From assembly GCF_902459465.1 (NCBI RefSeq), contig NC_047069.1, forward strand, positions 9,548,001 through 9,612,000: DNA of 64,000 nucleotides, written 5' to 3'. Below are positions 26,545 to 38,420 of this stretch, piece after piece (the first letter of the stretch is position 1; each line of letters opens with the position of its first letter). The position numbers and the translations under genes are program-made. The notes under the pieces are model-generated. The model saw only the letters and a list, made by a program, of their open reading frames with translations. It was not told the origin of the DNA and did no database searches. Source of the DNA: Asterias rubens. Lineage: Eukaryota.

Positions 26545-27090
26545 ATACCATCCTGAACATCAAGTGGTCTGACCATATCACTAACAAAGAGGTTCTTCGC
26601 AGAGCTGGTATGGCCAGTGTCGGGTCCATGTTGCTTGCCAGACAGCTATGTTGGAGTGGACACCTTGTACGTATGGATGACTCTGCCGACTACCAAAGCA
26701 GATATTCTATGGAGAACTGGTGGAGGGGGTTCGTCATAGAGGCCGCCCTCAACTCTGTTTCAAGGACTGTCTGAAACGTCATCTCCAAGCAGCTGGCATT
26801 CCAACCAACACCTGGGGAGACATGGCCAAGAAGAGGCCCTAATGGCGTTCACTAATCATGAGTGGGGCTGCGTCAGCTGAGGATGCCAGGGCAGAAGCTG
26901 CAGAGATTAGGAGGATGCGGCGTCACGAGAGAGCGGTTTATCCAGAGGAAGCATCCCTCCAATGAAGATACTGTGGCCGTCTAACATCTGCCAGGATTGG
27001 CCTATACTCTCATAAGAAGGCTTGTCAACTCAAACTCTGAAACTCAACTTCCGATAGTTTTACTCGTTAGCAAGTGACAGCCTGTATATA
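26545..27090 (+). mobile_element. RTE-clade LINE 3' end (RT C-terminus, 3' UTR, (TA)n)
   Basis: Translation ILNIKWSDHITNKEVLRRAG..RQLCWSGHLVRMDDS.LPKQIFYGEL..G.RHRGRPQLCFKDCLKRHL..RIGLYSH, with a frameshift and a stop. Confidence 0.85.
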
Positions 27091-27259
27091 TATATACTTG
27101 TATATAATTGCTGTGGTTTCAACCATTTGTACATTATCTGCTTTGTCATAGTTTTAAATCATTGTACATTGTATATTTCTCTTAATATTTTTATATGGAG
27201 CTGATCTACTGTTGTAATTGCCTGTAACGGATGATTAAATTTTTTTTAAATTGAATTGA

Positions 27260-27575
27260 ATTGATGTCAAAACATCAGACAGAGTACAGCATTGAACTGA
27301 CGAATAGGTTCTCACCATTAATTGATCAAGTGAATGATCAGGCGGTTAGTGACACCTACAACCAAGTTGATCAGGCCATACTGGATACTGCAGAGAAACT
27401 GGGAAAGTGTGACTCAGCACAGACCAAAACAAACAAAGATACAGGTATGGATGGAATCCAGCAGATGAACAAAAGGAGGAAAGCACCAAAAGCACACAGA
27501 CAAGACTCAGCTCTGCACCAAGTAGAATATACAGAACTAAACAAGACAATACGCAAGAAAAGACAAAAACTTTAA
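27260..27575 (+). mobile_element. RTE-clade LINE fragment, EN-RT linker
   Basis: The ORF track reads YSIELTNRFSPL..QAILDTAEKLG..EYTELNKTIRKK, matching the RTE linker pattern. Confidence 0.7.
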
Positions 27576-27577
27576 GC

Positions 27578-29769
27578 GTTGTCAACTTGTTTCCATTTTC
27601 AGTTCTTGGAGAGTTGGTCAAGCAGCCCAGTCTTGTTTAAGGTGTCGCGCGTAGTAAAAGTTTGCTTATTGTTCTGGGGTCGAGGTTCAGAGAATTCCTT
27701 ATTTGGTCATGATATTTGATTCGGGTATTGTGAATGGGCACATTATGATTATGGTATGTGGAATGTAGGTGTGGCAATCGTGGGAAGGTTTTGTGGGTAG
27801 GGACATTGATGATGACTCCGACCGAGCAGGGTCGCATGTAGTGGGAGAGATAAAGAGAGTGAGAGAGTGGGTCGACCGTAACCACCCAGCGAGTGTGTTC
27901 AGCCCACGCAGATTATAGGGCAGACTCAACCGTATTAAGAAGTTCCGTGAGACAGAAAGTCCAGGGCGAAATGTTGTGATTTTGGAAATTCTTCAGTGAC
28001 TGATTTCCTCCGTGCGCCCACAGCCTGAAACCGTGCCCTCCTACATCGAGAATATCATGACCACCCAACCCCAGTTTTAATTAGACGCATGATGCCCAAC
28101 CCTTGATAGTGACGAAGAGTTTGAGTCAACCACTGACCGACTTCATGGGGCTAGGCCTAAGGCCATACTTGAAGGACGGATTGTCGAAGTCGCCAAGCAG
28201 GCAAGAGACAAGAGTCAGGGCGACCAGAGCAACCGAAAAAACAGGTTTCATTTTAGATTAATTTGTTATATGTTTTAATAAGAACTAGCCAAAGATGTGC
28301 TCTAAATTATTGATTTAGTAGTGGACGAACCCTTGAGTTCAATCTAAGGACGTTGTAAATAATTTGTACTTGAGGTCGAAAGCAGAACCTTTGAGTTAAA
28401 CATTAACAAGAAAAAGTTGTGATTTGTATATTGTTTCAACCGAGGCTTGAAAGAAGTACATTTAAGTTATCTTAGAAGAAAGTTGTATATTTAAATTGGT
28501 TTAATTGATTTATTGGTTTATTTAGCCAAACCAGGGCATAGGAAAATACCCCTTGAGGTTACAAAATAACAAACTGTACTACATTTTCTGTAAATTTCTG
28601 TAAATAATAAATCCCCTTATATTATTAAAGAATTTTTTTTATTTCAAGCTGAAGAATTGTGTTCATCACAAAGTATGCAGCATGCAGCTTTTTGTTACTT
28701 TTAGATTTGCGCTGCTTTTACTTTTAGATTTCAATGTATGGTTAGTCAGCAAATTTGCTTTTGGGAGTTGTCATGCTTGAGAAAGAAATCACTTTGTATA
28801 ATAAAAGGGAAGTTTAAAATTCACAATAGTTGCCAGGGTCTGGCATTGACAACAGTAGTGAACTAGTGGATCAAGTTAGAGTATAGTCAGAGTTAGAGCT
28901 GGAAAGTGGGCAGATGATTTTCGAATCAAGATTGAGAAGACGTGAGTTTGATCGTGCCTCTAGAATATAGTCATCGGGCGTAGCTACAGCTACAGCAGAC
29001 ATATTTTAGGCAGCGACTTTTTGAAGACATTACTTTTGTAGTGGGCTATTTATTGAAGGCATTGCCGAGTGCAATCGTCTATTTGTGAGAACCGTCAGGG
29101 GCAGTGTTGCCGCTGTACAGATAAGATACACCATGATGTAGAAATCATGGTTCTGAGGTCTGAGCTAAGAGTTTCTAAGTTCCGAGTTCCGAGCTAAGAG
29201 TTCCGAGCCAAGAGTATTACTGAGTGTTGTTCTGGAAATTCATCCTGAGAAAGGCTTGAAAGAGAGAGAGAGAGACGAGAAGGCCAAACCGATTAAAGAA
29301 GCCAAGGGCGTGGCAAGTGAGCGGCCTTGACTACCCATACCCACACTTAAAGGCAGTGTTAGGAGCCAGCACCCAACTTGGTGAACCAAGATTGCTGTTA
29401 TTAACTTTGATGGCTTACATGTTTATGTATGGCTACTGTAGCCACTGAACTGGTTGGAAGTACTCAACTAATAATTATATTGTGATTGTATGTAAATTTG
29501 TGACAACTTGAAAGTATTTATCAACTGAATTGAAAGAAAGTCTTCATTGGAAAGTAGTCTTGAAATTGTGTATATACTTGTGTGAAGACTCCACTGAATT
29601 TGATACTAAGAATGTTTGTAAATAAAAATGATTGTAAATAATGATGTGCACAGAATTGTAAATAAGAATACAGTGAAACTGAATTGGAATGTCTAGTTTA
29701 TTTTCTTTCGTTGTTGTGAGAAAAACAGTGTAATATTAATAAGACACACATGTCCGGGTATTAGGCAAC
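27578..29769 (+). mobile_element. ~2.2-kb non-coding LTR-like insertion
   Basis: It interrupts RTE coding sequence. The ends GTTGTCAA...TAGGCAAC are imperfectly inverted, and AATAAA plus a T-rich tail lie near the 3' end. No long ORF. Confidence 0.4.
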
Positions 29770-29779
29770 GCTATAATCA

Positions 29780-30000
29780 GTAAAACTGAGAAATATCTTG
29801 ACAGTGACGAACCAGGAGCTAAGAAAGAAATCGAGAGTGCAGGATATTATCAAGACGATCAAATCAAAGAAGTGGAGATGGGCAGGCCACCTAGCAAGGA
29901 GGCATGACAAGAGGAGGGCATGTAAAACAACCAACTGGACTCCAAGAATGTGGACAAGAAAAAGAGGGTGACAAATCAGAAGATGAAGAGATGAACTAAG
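29780..30000 (+). mobile_element. RTE-clade LINE fragment, RT C-terminus
   Basis: Translation VTNQELRKKSRVQDIIKTIKSKKWRWAGHLARRHDKR..NWTPR..RKRG, containing stops. Confidence 0.8.
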
Positions 30001-30336
30001 TTCACACAGGGGCATTGCTTGGCAACAACAGCGCAGAATAGAGTGAGATGGAGATTTGGTGAAAAGGCTTTCCTCCTGTAGTGGAGTGAAACACTCTCAA
30101 CGATACCACTGATTATACGTGTATTCTTTAAAGTTTCATGACTCTGCTTAAAAATTGCAACCAGCAAGCTATGTACTTCCACTAAGAGAATTTCTGAAGT
30201 TCAATTCTGCTTTAATCCAGGGTGTACAGCAAACTATGTACATTTATCACTTTTCAAGCTTTAAATGACAACCATGCATAGGAATATATCTGCATACAAA
30301 TCCGGGGGTGCACAGTAACAGCAAACTATGTACATG

Positions 30337-31751
30337 TGTAGAGATGGCAAAACTGATACACCTTCCAAGTGTAGAGAGGTGTGTGGATTATCAGTGTTAA
30401 TTGCCCCCCCCCCCCTTTTAATTTTGTAATAGAACTTTGACCCTACCTTTAGAATTAATGGATCAGTCCAAGATTGCCACATCAGCAGAGATACTCTGGA
30501 CAGGATGTTGGTCTGGTCATTCTTATACCAGTGATGACCAGTAACAGACATTAAAGGAGTTTCTTCTAGATATATATCGTGACAGTGGTTTTTCATTATT
30601 CTTTACAGGTATGTTGATTTTATTTTCTTTATTAATTCCATTGTGCTTTTTAATAGAACTATCTAGATTATTGAAGTTCATTATTTGATTTGTGTTATGA
30701 ACTTGATCAAAACAATGTAACTTGAAGACAGTTGGGAGTTTTCACTCCAAGGTTACAAGATCAAGAAAGGATTTGTTTCAGACTTGGAAGACAGTTGAAA
30801 TGAAGTTTAGAGTTTCCTTTGTTAAGTCATAATGGACAGTGATAATGATTTGATTTAGATGAAGTGAAATTGCTTTCTTTAAATACTGCTTGGACTTTAT
30901 TTAGTATTTAAAGGTTACTTTTATTTGCTAAGGTATCACTTTTCTAAGTTTGCTTTCAAGTGTTAAAGAGTACTTTATTCGTAATATAGACATTCATTAC
31001 TAGTTTCTGTTTGAAGTATTTGTTGGAAAGAACTGTAATGTTCTTTCAGATATATTTTAGTTTGGAAGTATTGTTAACCAGTACTTTGACCGAACTCCAT
31101 GTATAGAGAATATTGGTAGCCAAAGACCATTGTTTATTGGAGGTTCAAGATCTTCCTATACTAGACCACACAGTGTGAGCCCAGTGGCTCTGAAGTTGTT
31201 TATTGGGTGGTGTTGCAGTAGGGCAGGAAGTGAGATCAGAAGGCAAGAACACCTATTTTCTTGTGAATACTTAAGTAGCTGTAGGCAAGAACACCTATTT
31301 TTCTTGTGAATATTTAATTATCTATGCCTTGATCATTTACTGCAGGGACAAGATTGTAATGATTATAGGTTGAACCCCTGTTGAAATGAGTTATTGTGTA
31401 TGCATTTAAAGGTGTTTGTTTTATGAAGTTTATTCTTTGAACCATTTTTGAACCGGATTTAGAGATCAGTACATTTAATTTAGTTATTTGTTAGAAGTAA
31501 GTTTGAGTTTTATGCATTACATCTTCAGTAAAGTAAGTACATAGTTTTAAGATTGACAAGTACTTAATGTTTTGATAATAGTTGATGTAACGTCATTCTT
31601 ATACCAGTGATGACCAGTAACAGACATTAAAGGAGTTTCTTCTAGATATATATCGTGACAGTGGTTTTTCATTATTCTTTACAGTGGTCATCAACCCGAT
31701 TTTAATGTGCTCCGTTTAGATTGCCAGTTTGGTAATTTGGCGGGTGCAACA
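30337..31751 (+). repeat. 5' LTR (1415 bp)
   Basis: TGTAGAGATGG...GGGTGCAACA. It differs from the 3' LTR by one C in the poly-C run, GG/AA at 30786-87 and T/C at 31100. Confidence 0.98.
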
Positions 31752-31753
31752 TT

Positions 31754-31771
31754 TGGAGGCACGAGAGGGAT
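31754..31771 (+). promoter_or_regulatory. Primer-binding site, 18 nt, tRNA-Thr-like
   Basis: TGGAGGCACGAGAGGGAT lies 2 nt after the LTR. Its complement ATCCCTCTCGTGCCTCCA has exact tRNA 59-76 geometry. The ...GTGCC-U73-CCA end resembles eukaryotic tRNA-Thr. Confidence 0.8.
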
Positions 31772-32044
31772 GAGCGTATTCTTCAACGCACCTGACCTGG
31801 CGTAGAAGGATGACAACGCTCGTCCAGAGATACGAACCTGATCATCAGTGACTTGCTGACGACTTCCATGACAAGATGAGCAGACAGTAGCGGGAAGGTC
31901 AACGTGAGTCAACTGGACGTGCCATAGTCAGGGTGTACCATCGGCCAGTGGGAGGATCGCCGTACAACGGGATTGCTGCCACACCGAACACGAAGGGCAG
32001 TCGCAGACACAGAAAGGACCAGCAAGCTATAATAATCATTTAGC

Positions 32045-33367
32045 ATGGAAGACCTCATCAAGACTTTGGAGAGAGTAATCCTTGGACTCAGCAGCCTGTC
32101 CATCGACCAACTCATCCAAGTATGCACACATCTAGATCTTGAGGCAGAGGACGTGGAGAAAACACCAAAGGGCCGTCTTCGGATACAACGGCGACTACTG
32201 GCTCACATTAACAGTGAGGAAGTGGAAGACAGTGACGACGGGGGAGTGGAGCTACTCCAGACATTAGACAGCTTCATGAAAGACCTCAAGCAAGAGTCCG
32301 AAGATGAACCAGTCTCCATTGACCCAGCTGAGAAGAAAGACGACCCAAGCAGCCCACCTAAGCTTGAGAGTACAGAGCCCTCAACGACACAGCCGTCTGC
32401 AACACCGACCGATGTGGCCCACTTGCTGAGACGGGAGTTCAGAATATCCGGTCAGATAGGAGAGCCAGGCCAAAAGGATCGTCTTTCCTTCACCAGTCTT
32501 GCCAACCAAATCGAGGCTGGATTGGAGAAAAGCTACCCAGACAGAGATATCGTTCAAGGAGTGATCCGAGCTATAGCACCAGGATCATCACTCCGAAGCT
32601 ACCTGGAAGGACGAAGTAAGATCTCTCTGCCCAGCCTTCGCCGAATTATAAGAGCACACTACCAGGAGAGAGATGCGACAGATCTCTATAAACAACTCTC
32701 CCAACTGACCCAAGGAGCCAAGGAGTCGGCCCAGGCTTTCCTGTTAAAGGCATTTGACATTCGTCAAAAGGTCCTTTTTGCTAGCCAGGAAAGTGATTCC
32801 AGACTCCGCTATGACCCACACCTAGTGCAGGAGATGTTTCGCCATACGATATTGACTGGCTTGAGGAGCGATGCCATCAAGACAGAACTCCGGCCCTACC
32901 TGGATGAACCAAAGACGTCGGACGAATTGCTCTTCGAAAAGATAAATGTGTTCTCCAGCCTAGAAGAAGAAAGACGGCAGAAACTCACCCAAAACAAAGC
33001 AACCACAGTGAACGAGATCTGTGAAGTAAAGGACAAACAGACCATGCCAGCGAAACCAGGGCTACTGATGACAGAGATTGCAGAGCTGAAAGCAGGGATT
33101 GCAGAGCTGAGTTCATTGAAGGGCCAAGTAGCAGCACTCCAAGAATCTTTCCAGAGGACACCACAACAGCAACCAGCACAATTTGATACATCCTCATCCC
33201 GAGTTCGTCGAGGATGCCACAAGTGTCAAGAAGCGGGAACCGGTTCTGACTGTGACCACTGCTTCAAGTGTGGGTCATCAGAACACTTTGCTCGTGGATG
33301 TCGGAGAAGCAGAGACCGTACACACCAGGGAAACGGTTCAGGGTTACGTCCGCGGGACAGGGAGTAG
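32045..33367 (+). CDS. gag: Gag (440 aa) with C-terminal zinc knuckle
   Basis: Intact ORF with CX2CX4HX4C ([14 protein letters not shown]) preceded by a Cys-rich CHKC...CDH motif. The [20 protein letters not shown] capsid region is typical of aquatic-animal Gypsy Gags. Confidence 0.95.
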   Translation: MEDLIKTLERVILGLSSLSIDQLIQVCTHLDLEAEDVEKTPKGRLRIQRRLLAHINSEEVEDSDDGGVELLQTLDSFMKDLKQESEDEPVSIDPAEKKDDPSSPPKLESTEPSTTQPSATPTDVAHLLRREFRISGQIGEPGQKDRLSFTSLANQIEAGLEKSYPDRDIVQGVIRAIAPGSSLRSYLEGRSKISLPSLRRIIRAHYQERDATDLYKQLSQLTQGAKESAQAFLLKAFDIRQKVLFASQESDSRLRYDPHLVQEMFRHTILTGLRSDAIKTELRPYLDEPKTSDELLFEKINVFSSLEEERRQKLTQNKATTVNEICEVKDKQTMPAKPGLLMTEIAELKAGIAELSSLKGQVAALQESFQRTPQQQPAQFDTSSSRVRRGCHKCQEAGTGSDCDHCFKCGSSEHFARGCRRSRDRTHQGNGSGLRPRDRE

Positions 33368-36300
33368 CCAGGAGAGAAAGACAGTCCCAACCACACCAGC
33401 AGGATCGAGACCCCCGACCCATAACTTCAATATGCCACATCACACCCAGACAGCATCGGAAGGTGACAAACCTCATCGGACCAAGATGTACTGTAGATTG
33501 CTACCTCAATAATGCATCTACCACTGTGTTATGGGATACCGGAGCCCAGGTTTCCTTAATCAGTTCACAGTGGCTTCACCAAAACCTACCAAATGAACCA
33601 ATCCGCCCCCTTTGTGATCTTCTTCAGTCCGAGAGGAACTTGGATCTCCGAGCTGCTAACGACACACCAATCCCCTTTGAAGGCTGGATTGAACTCGAGT
33701 TAAGAATGAAGACGCCTCGGACGTGCACACCAGTAGTGTTTCCAGCATTGATCACTCAAAATAGGATCCAACAACCGATTATTGGATACAATGTGATCGA
33801 GACCCTTGTACATCACTCAGGTGAAGACGCCAGCAGTATTCTTGGAGGAGCAATGAAGAACTTGGAACCCACTAGAGCTGTAAAGTTGGTTCACTTGATT
33901 CAGGCTAATGATCCAGAAGAAGTCTGCAGTGTCATATCAGGGAGGCAGAACATTATGATACCCAAACACAGCAACTTTGGTATTCGATGTTTGGCACGAG
34001 CTGGCTTGACAAACGGCAAGATAGAAGGACTGTTCGTGCCAGACGTTGAACAGCAATGGCCGGAAGGTCTTCAGGTAGAGGAATCAGTGGTGAATCTCCA
34101 AACAGGTACGGCGACCCCAGTCGTAATCCGAGTGACGAACTCCACAGACCGAGACATCATGTTGAAACGACGTAGTCTGTTGGGCCACATACAGCTTGTC
34201 AATTCAGTATGCCCCATGGAACCCTCTATGCTGAAGACATGGACACCATCACCCAAGCAAGGAGAAACCACTGTTTCCAGTATCTCCACCGAGAAGGAAT
34301 GGATTCCCCCTGTTAACCTGAGTCATCTGACAACCTCACAGAGGTCTGCTGCTGAGAAGCTTCTTCGAGAGGAGTCAGCCGCTTTTGCCAAAGATGACTC
34401 GGATCTGGGACGTGTCCCCGACTTGAAGATGGAGATTCGGCTACGTGATGAGGAACCCGTCAGAAAAACGTACATGTCAATGCCCCGCCCACTGTACCAG
34501 GAAGTCCGGACGTACCTAGCAGACCTAATCAGCCGTGACTGGATCAGGAAGTCTTCTTCTCCGTACTCATCACCAGTAGTGTGTGTTCGGAAAAAGGATG
34601 GAAGTCTCAGACTCTGTGTTGACTACCGAGAGTTAAACCAGAAAACCATTCCTGATCGTCAGCCAATCCCTCGAATCAAGGACGTGTTGGACAGCCTAGG
34701 CGGCAACCAATGGTTTTCAACCCTCGACCAAGGTAAAGCATATCACCAGGGTTTTATGTCAGAGCAAAGTTGTCCACTCACAGCTTTCATCACACCTTGG
34801 GGACTTTACGAATGGGTCAGGATTCCATTTGGGTTGACAAATGCACCAGCAGTTTTCCAGCGATTTATGGAGACTTGCCTTGATGGACTCAATGGTGAAA
34901 TTGCCATGACCTACCTTGACGATGTTTTGGTGTTTAGCGACAACTTTCAAGCCCACCTTGATCATCTACGGCAGGTCCTGAAGCGTTTACAGAAGCATGG
35001 TGTAAAGTTAAGACCCAACAAGTGCGAGTTCTTTCAAAGTGAAGTACGCTACCTGGGTCGACTGGTATCAGCAGAAGGTCATCGACTTGATCCATCCGAC
35101 ATATCTGCTGTTCGGTCCCTCAGCGAAAAGCGACCAGAGACTGTTGGAGATGTCAGGAAGTTACTTGGACTACTGGGCTACTACCGCAGTTACATCCAGG
35201 ACTTTTCTCGCATCGCACGACCATTATATGACCTACTGAAAGTGACACCGAGTGAGGAGCAAACGACCCAGAAACCCAAAGCCAAGGGAAAAGCAAGCTC
35301 AAAGATGAAGTCTGCGCAAAAGCTTTCGAAACAGAAAGTGGAGTGGAAGGATCATCATCAAAAGACACTTGAGGAGATTCTTGGGTTTCTTATGGCACCA
35401 CCAATCATGGCCTTTCCAGACTACAATGAGCCGTTTGTAGTTCACACTGATGCATCGAATGATGGACTGGGTGCAGTACTTTACCAACGACAGAAGGGGA
35501 AGATGAGAGTCATCGCATATGGGTCCCGTACCCTCAGCCCGGCGGAGAAAAACTATCATTTCCATTCTGGTAAGCTGGAATTTATGGCACTAAAATGGGC
35601 AGTGACCGATAAATTCAGAGACTACTTGTACTACTCATCCGCTTTCACCGTGTTCACCGACAATAATCCCTTGACATATGTGTTGACTTCTGCCCGGCTG
35701 AATGCAACAGGTCATCGATGGGTGGCGGAGCTAGCAGACTTCAATTTCAACATAAAGTACCGCCCTGGAAAGAGCAATGCAGATGCAGACACCCTCTCGA
35801 GATTACCACTGGACATGGAGAACTACATGAGAACATGTACGACAGAAGTCTCCCAGGCAGAATTGGAGACCACAGTCCATGCCATCGAAGCTCAGAGTCA
35901 AGGAACCGTCACATGGGCTTCTGCGATCACCACTGATCCTGAGACGTTGCTACCTACCACATTACCAGGTAATCAAATGTTCAGTAAACGTGATGTACAG
36001 CGTGCGCAGAAAGAGGACCAGTGCCTAGCCAGAGTTATCTTCTTCCTTCAGAGAGGTCAACGTCCAAGCAAGCGAGAGTTAACAAAGGAGCATCCCGATA
36101 CCATTGCCTTACTGCGTGAATGGGTTAACCTGAGGCTGGAAGAGGACATCTTGTTTCGAGTAAAGGGCAATAGACACCAGATGATCATTCCCTTGACGAT
36201 GCGACAAACCGTCTACAAGGAGCTCCATGACAACATGGGACACATTGGTGCTGGGCGTGTCTTGGACCTTGCCAGAAACCGGTTCTACTGGCCCCACATG

Positions 36301-37992
36301 CAACGAGATGTTGAACATTATTGCTCCAAAGTCTGTCCTTGCCTGAAAGACAGAAAACCCGCACAACACACGAGGGAACCCCTGGGAACAATCATCACGA
36401 CGGCTCCCTTTGAACTGATTTCCATTGATTTTCTGCATTTAGAACGGAGCAAGGGTGGATTTGAATACATCTTGGTGATTGTTGACAATTTCACCAGGTT
36501 TGCCCAGGCATATGCAACCCGAGATAAGTCGGGGAAAACTGTAGCTGATAAAATCTTCAATGATTTTGTTCTTCGCTTCGGGTATCCTCAGCGAATTCAT
36601 CATGACCAAGGAGGAGAATTCGAAAACAAGATGTTCAAACGACTCCAACAACTCTCGGGTATTATACCTTCCAGGACGACCCCATACCATCCGCAGGGGA
36701 ACGGTCAATGCGAAAGACTGAACAGGACTCTCCTCGGTATGTTGCGGACCCTCACTGAAGCCCAGAAATCTAACTGGAAGGAGTCACTCCAGAAAGTGGT
36801 ACATGCATATAATTGTACTACTAGCAGTGCAACAGGGTTCTCACCGTTCTTCTTGTTGTATGGACGCTCCCCTCGTCTACCAATTGATGTTGCATTTGGC
36901 CTGGACCCAAAAGCTGGACCGAAAGAAGAGGACCACAACCAATTTGTGAAACGGTGGAAAACACAGATGGAGGAGGCTTACTTGATTGCAGAATGCCAGG
37001 CAGCCAAGTCGACTGAACGAGGAAAGAAGTATCATGACCAGAAGGCCCACAGTACCGTTCTCCAACCGGGAGACCGTGTCCTGATCCGCAATGTTGGACG
37101 CCATCTTGGACCAGGTAAACTCCGCTCCTACTGGGAGGACAATGTCTACATCGTTGTTGGTAGAAAAGGAGAACACTCTCCAGTCTATGAAGTGAAGCAA
37201 GAAACGGGTAACATGAAGCACCGTGTAGTTCATCGCAATCTCCTTCTCCCCTGCAACAGCATGAGAACAGATGTTGAACCCAAGAAGACGCTTCCCCAAC
37301 CACAGAGACGAATTCCAAAGCCCAACCGTCGACGAATCTCCAATGAATCCAGTCCGGCAACGAGTGACGACAGTTCAGATGAAGAAGTTACCATGGTAAT
37401 GAACACTCCATCTGATCCAAGACCGTTCCGAGCAATGGAGGAAGTGAACCAGCCCACATTGAATCCTGCAGCAGTGCCCTTCCCATGGAATGCACCAGAC
37501 GTGGAGCACACACCTTCTATTGAGCCCCTAGAGCTTATCGATGGTGCTGGGGATAACCAGAACATTGAGGAACCTGATCCTCTGATAACTGCATCCGACA
37601 CACCTGAGACAATTTGTGAGGACACTCCCGCTGAACAGCCCCCACAACCAGCTGTATCCGACGCACCGGAGCCGAGTGATGACACTTCCACAGAACAGTC
37701 CCCACAACCAGAACCGGAACCAGAAGCACCCTCTGAAGGCAGACCAATCAGACAACGACATCCTCCACAACTGTTTGGGTATGCAAGTCTTGGTGAACCT
37801 TCGATGCAGAGCATGGACCCTCGAGTGGCTGCTGTTCAGGGATATCCTGTCCCACCTCAGTGGATGCTGCCTATGCAAATGCCTATGACACCATGGTTGA
37901 ATCCTTATGTTCAGCAGGGTTCACCTATGATGCCACCGGCATGGATGTGGCAGCCAGCTCCACCAGTAGTACGAGATGCACAGAGTTATTAG
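33268..37992 (+). CDS. pol: Pol polyprotein (protease, RT, RNase H, integrase), -1 frame relative to gag
   Basis: WDTGA (33535), YLDD (34912), TDAS (35446), HDNMGH...CPC zinc finger (36226), D,D35E core ([18 protein letters not shown]) and a GPY/F-like SPFFLLYGR. There are no stops over 1574 codons. Confidence 0.98.
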   Translation: MWVIRTLCSWMSEKQRPYTPGKRFRVTSAGQGVARRERQSQPHQQDRDPRPITSICHITPRQHRKVTNLIGPRCTVDCYLNNASTTVLWDTGAQVSLISSQWLHQNLPNEPIRPLCDLLQSERNLDLRAANDTPIPFEGWIELELRMKTPRTCTPVVFPALITQNRIQQPIIGYNVIETLVHHSGEDASSILGGAMKNLEPTRAVKLVHLIQANDPEEVCSVISGRQNIMIPKHSNFGIRCLARAGLTNGKIEGLFVPDVEQQWPEGLQVEESVVNLQTGTATPVVIRVTNSTDRDIMLKRRSLLGHIQLVNSVCPMEPSMLKTWTPSPKQGETTVSSISTEKEWIPPVNLSHLTTSQRSAAEKLLREESAAFAKDDSDLGRVPDLKMEIRLRDEEPVRKTYMSMPRPLYQEVRTYLADLISRDWIRKSSSPYSSPVVCVRKKDGSLRLCVDYRELNQKTIPDRQPIPRIKDVLDSLGGNQWFSTLDQGKAYHQGFMSEQSCPLTAFITPWGLYEWVRIPFGLTNAPAVFQRFMETCLDGLNGEIAMTYLDDVLVFSDNFQAHLDHLRQVLKRLQKHGVKLRPNKCEFFQSEVRYLGRLVSAEGHRLDPSDISAVRSLSEKRPETVGDVRKLLGLLGYYRSYIQDFSRIARPLYDLLKVTPSEEQTTQKPKAKGKASSKMKSAQKLSKQKVEWKDHHQKTLEEILGFLMAPPIMAFPDYNEPFVVHTDASNDGLGAVLYQRQKGKMRVIAYGSRTLSPAEKNYHFHSGKLEFMALKWAVTDKFRDYLYYSSAFTVFTDNNPLTYVLTSARLNATGHRWVAELADFNFNIKYRPGKSNADADTLSRLPLDMENYMRTCTTEVSQAELETTVHAIEAQSQGTVTWASAITTDPETLLPTTLPGNQMFSKRDVQRAQKEDQCLARVIFFLQRGQRPSKRELTKEHPDTIALLREWVNLRLEEDILFRVKGNRHQMIIPLTMRQTVYKELHDNMGHIGAGRVLDLARNRFYWPHMQRDVEHYCSKVCPCLKDRKPAQHTREPLGTIITTAPFELISIDFLHLERSKGGFEYILVIVDNFTRFAQAYATRDKSGKTVADKIFNDFVLRFGYPQRIHHDQGGEFENKMFKRLQQLSGIIPSRTTPYHPQGNGQCERLNRTLLGMLRTLTEAQKSNWKESLQKVVHAYNCTTSSATGFSPFFLLYGRSPRLPIDVAFGLDPKAGPKEEDHNQFVKRWKTQMEEAYLIAECQAAKSTERGKKYHDQKAHSTVLQPGDRVLIRNVGRHLGPGKLRSYWEDNVYIVVGRKGEHSPVYEVKQETGNMKHRVVHRNLLLPCNSMRTDVEPKKTLPQPQRRIPKPNRRRISNESSPATSDDSSDEEVTMVMNTPSDPRPFRAMEEVNQPTLNPAAVPFPWNAPDVEHTPSIEPLELIDGAGDNQNIEEPDPLITASDTPETICEDTPAEQPPQPAVSDAPEPSDDTSTEQSPQPEPEPEAPSEGRPIRQRHPPQLFGYASLGEPSMQSMDPRVAAVQGYPVPPQWMLPMQMPMTPWLNPYVQQGSPMMPPAWMWQPAPPVVRDAQSY
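33328..33369 (+). promoter_or_regulatory. Programmed -1 ribosomal frameshift signal
   Basis: G GGA AAC (33328-33334) is in the gag frame. After a short spacer comes a stem-loop GGTTAC/GTAGCC enclosing GTCC-GCG-GGAC. Confidence 0.85.
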
Positions 37993-38409
37993 ACGAGGAC
38001 GCAACAGCATGACGAGAATCCAGGCTAGCAACGCAATGAAGTTCCCACAGCAGAGTATGGACGGGACGTAGGAACATCAATCAGTAGCTTCAATGTGAGG
38101 ACTACCCACCGGACTGACTTGATGTTCACTAGCGCTGTTGCATAGCTTTCATCCAGTTCGAATCTATTTCTTTATCTTCTTCACGAGAAGTTCGGAGATG
38201 AGGGGATGTGGAATTAGCTACTCCATTAAACTTTTCTCCAACTAGTTGCCTTGATGAGGAGGAATTGTCAAGTAATTAGTGTGAGTATTTAACTCTAGAA
38301 ATGGACACTCAATGAACTGTTCCTTGGATGATAAGGATTGCCGTTAGAGGTTTTGTTCATAAATTGATCTTAATGTATTATTTGTAATGTTGAGGACAAC
38401 ATTTATTTT

Positions 38410-38420
38410 GAGGGGTAGTA
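38410..38420 (+). promoter_or_regulatory. Polypurine tract
   Basis: GAGGGGTAGTA immediately precedes the 3' LTR TG. Confidence 0.8.

Noticed and set aside
30261-30596. 111-aa minus-strand ORFs at both LTR starts
   Set aside because: They arise from the duplicated LTR, differ in frame after the poly-C indel, and have no motifs.
36821-37878. Antisense ORFs of 116-194 aa over the integrase and its tail
   Set aside because: They are shadows of a GC-balanced, low-complexity sense ORF, with no motifs or independent signals.
37993-38420. Possible env or third ORF in the provirus
   Set aside because: Only ~430 nt lie between the pol stop and the PPT, with no suitable ORF, signal peptide or TM segment.
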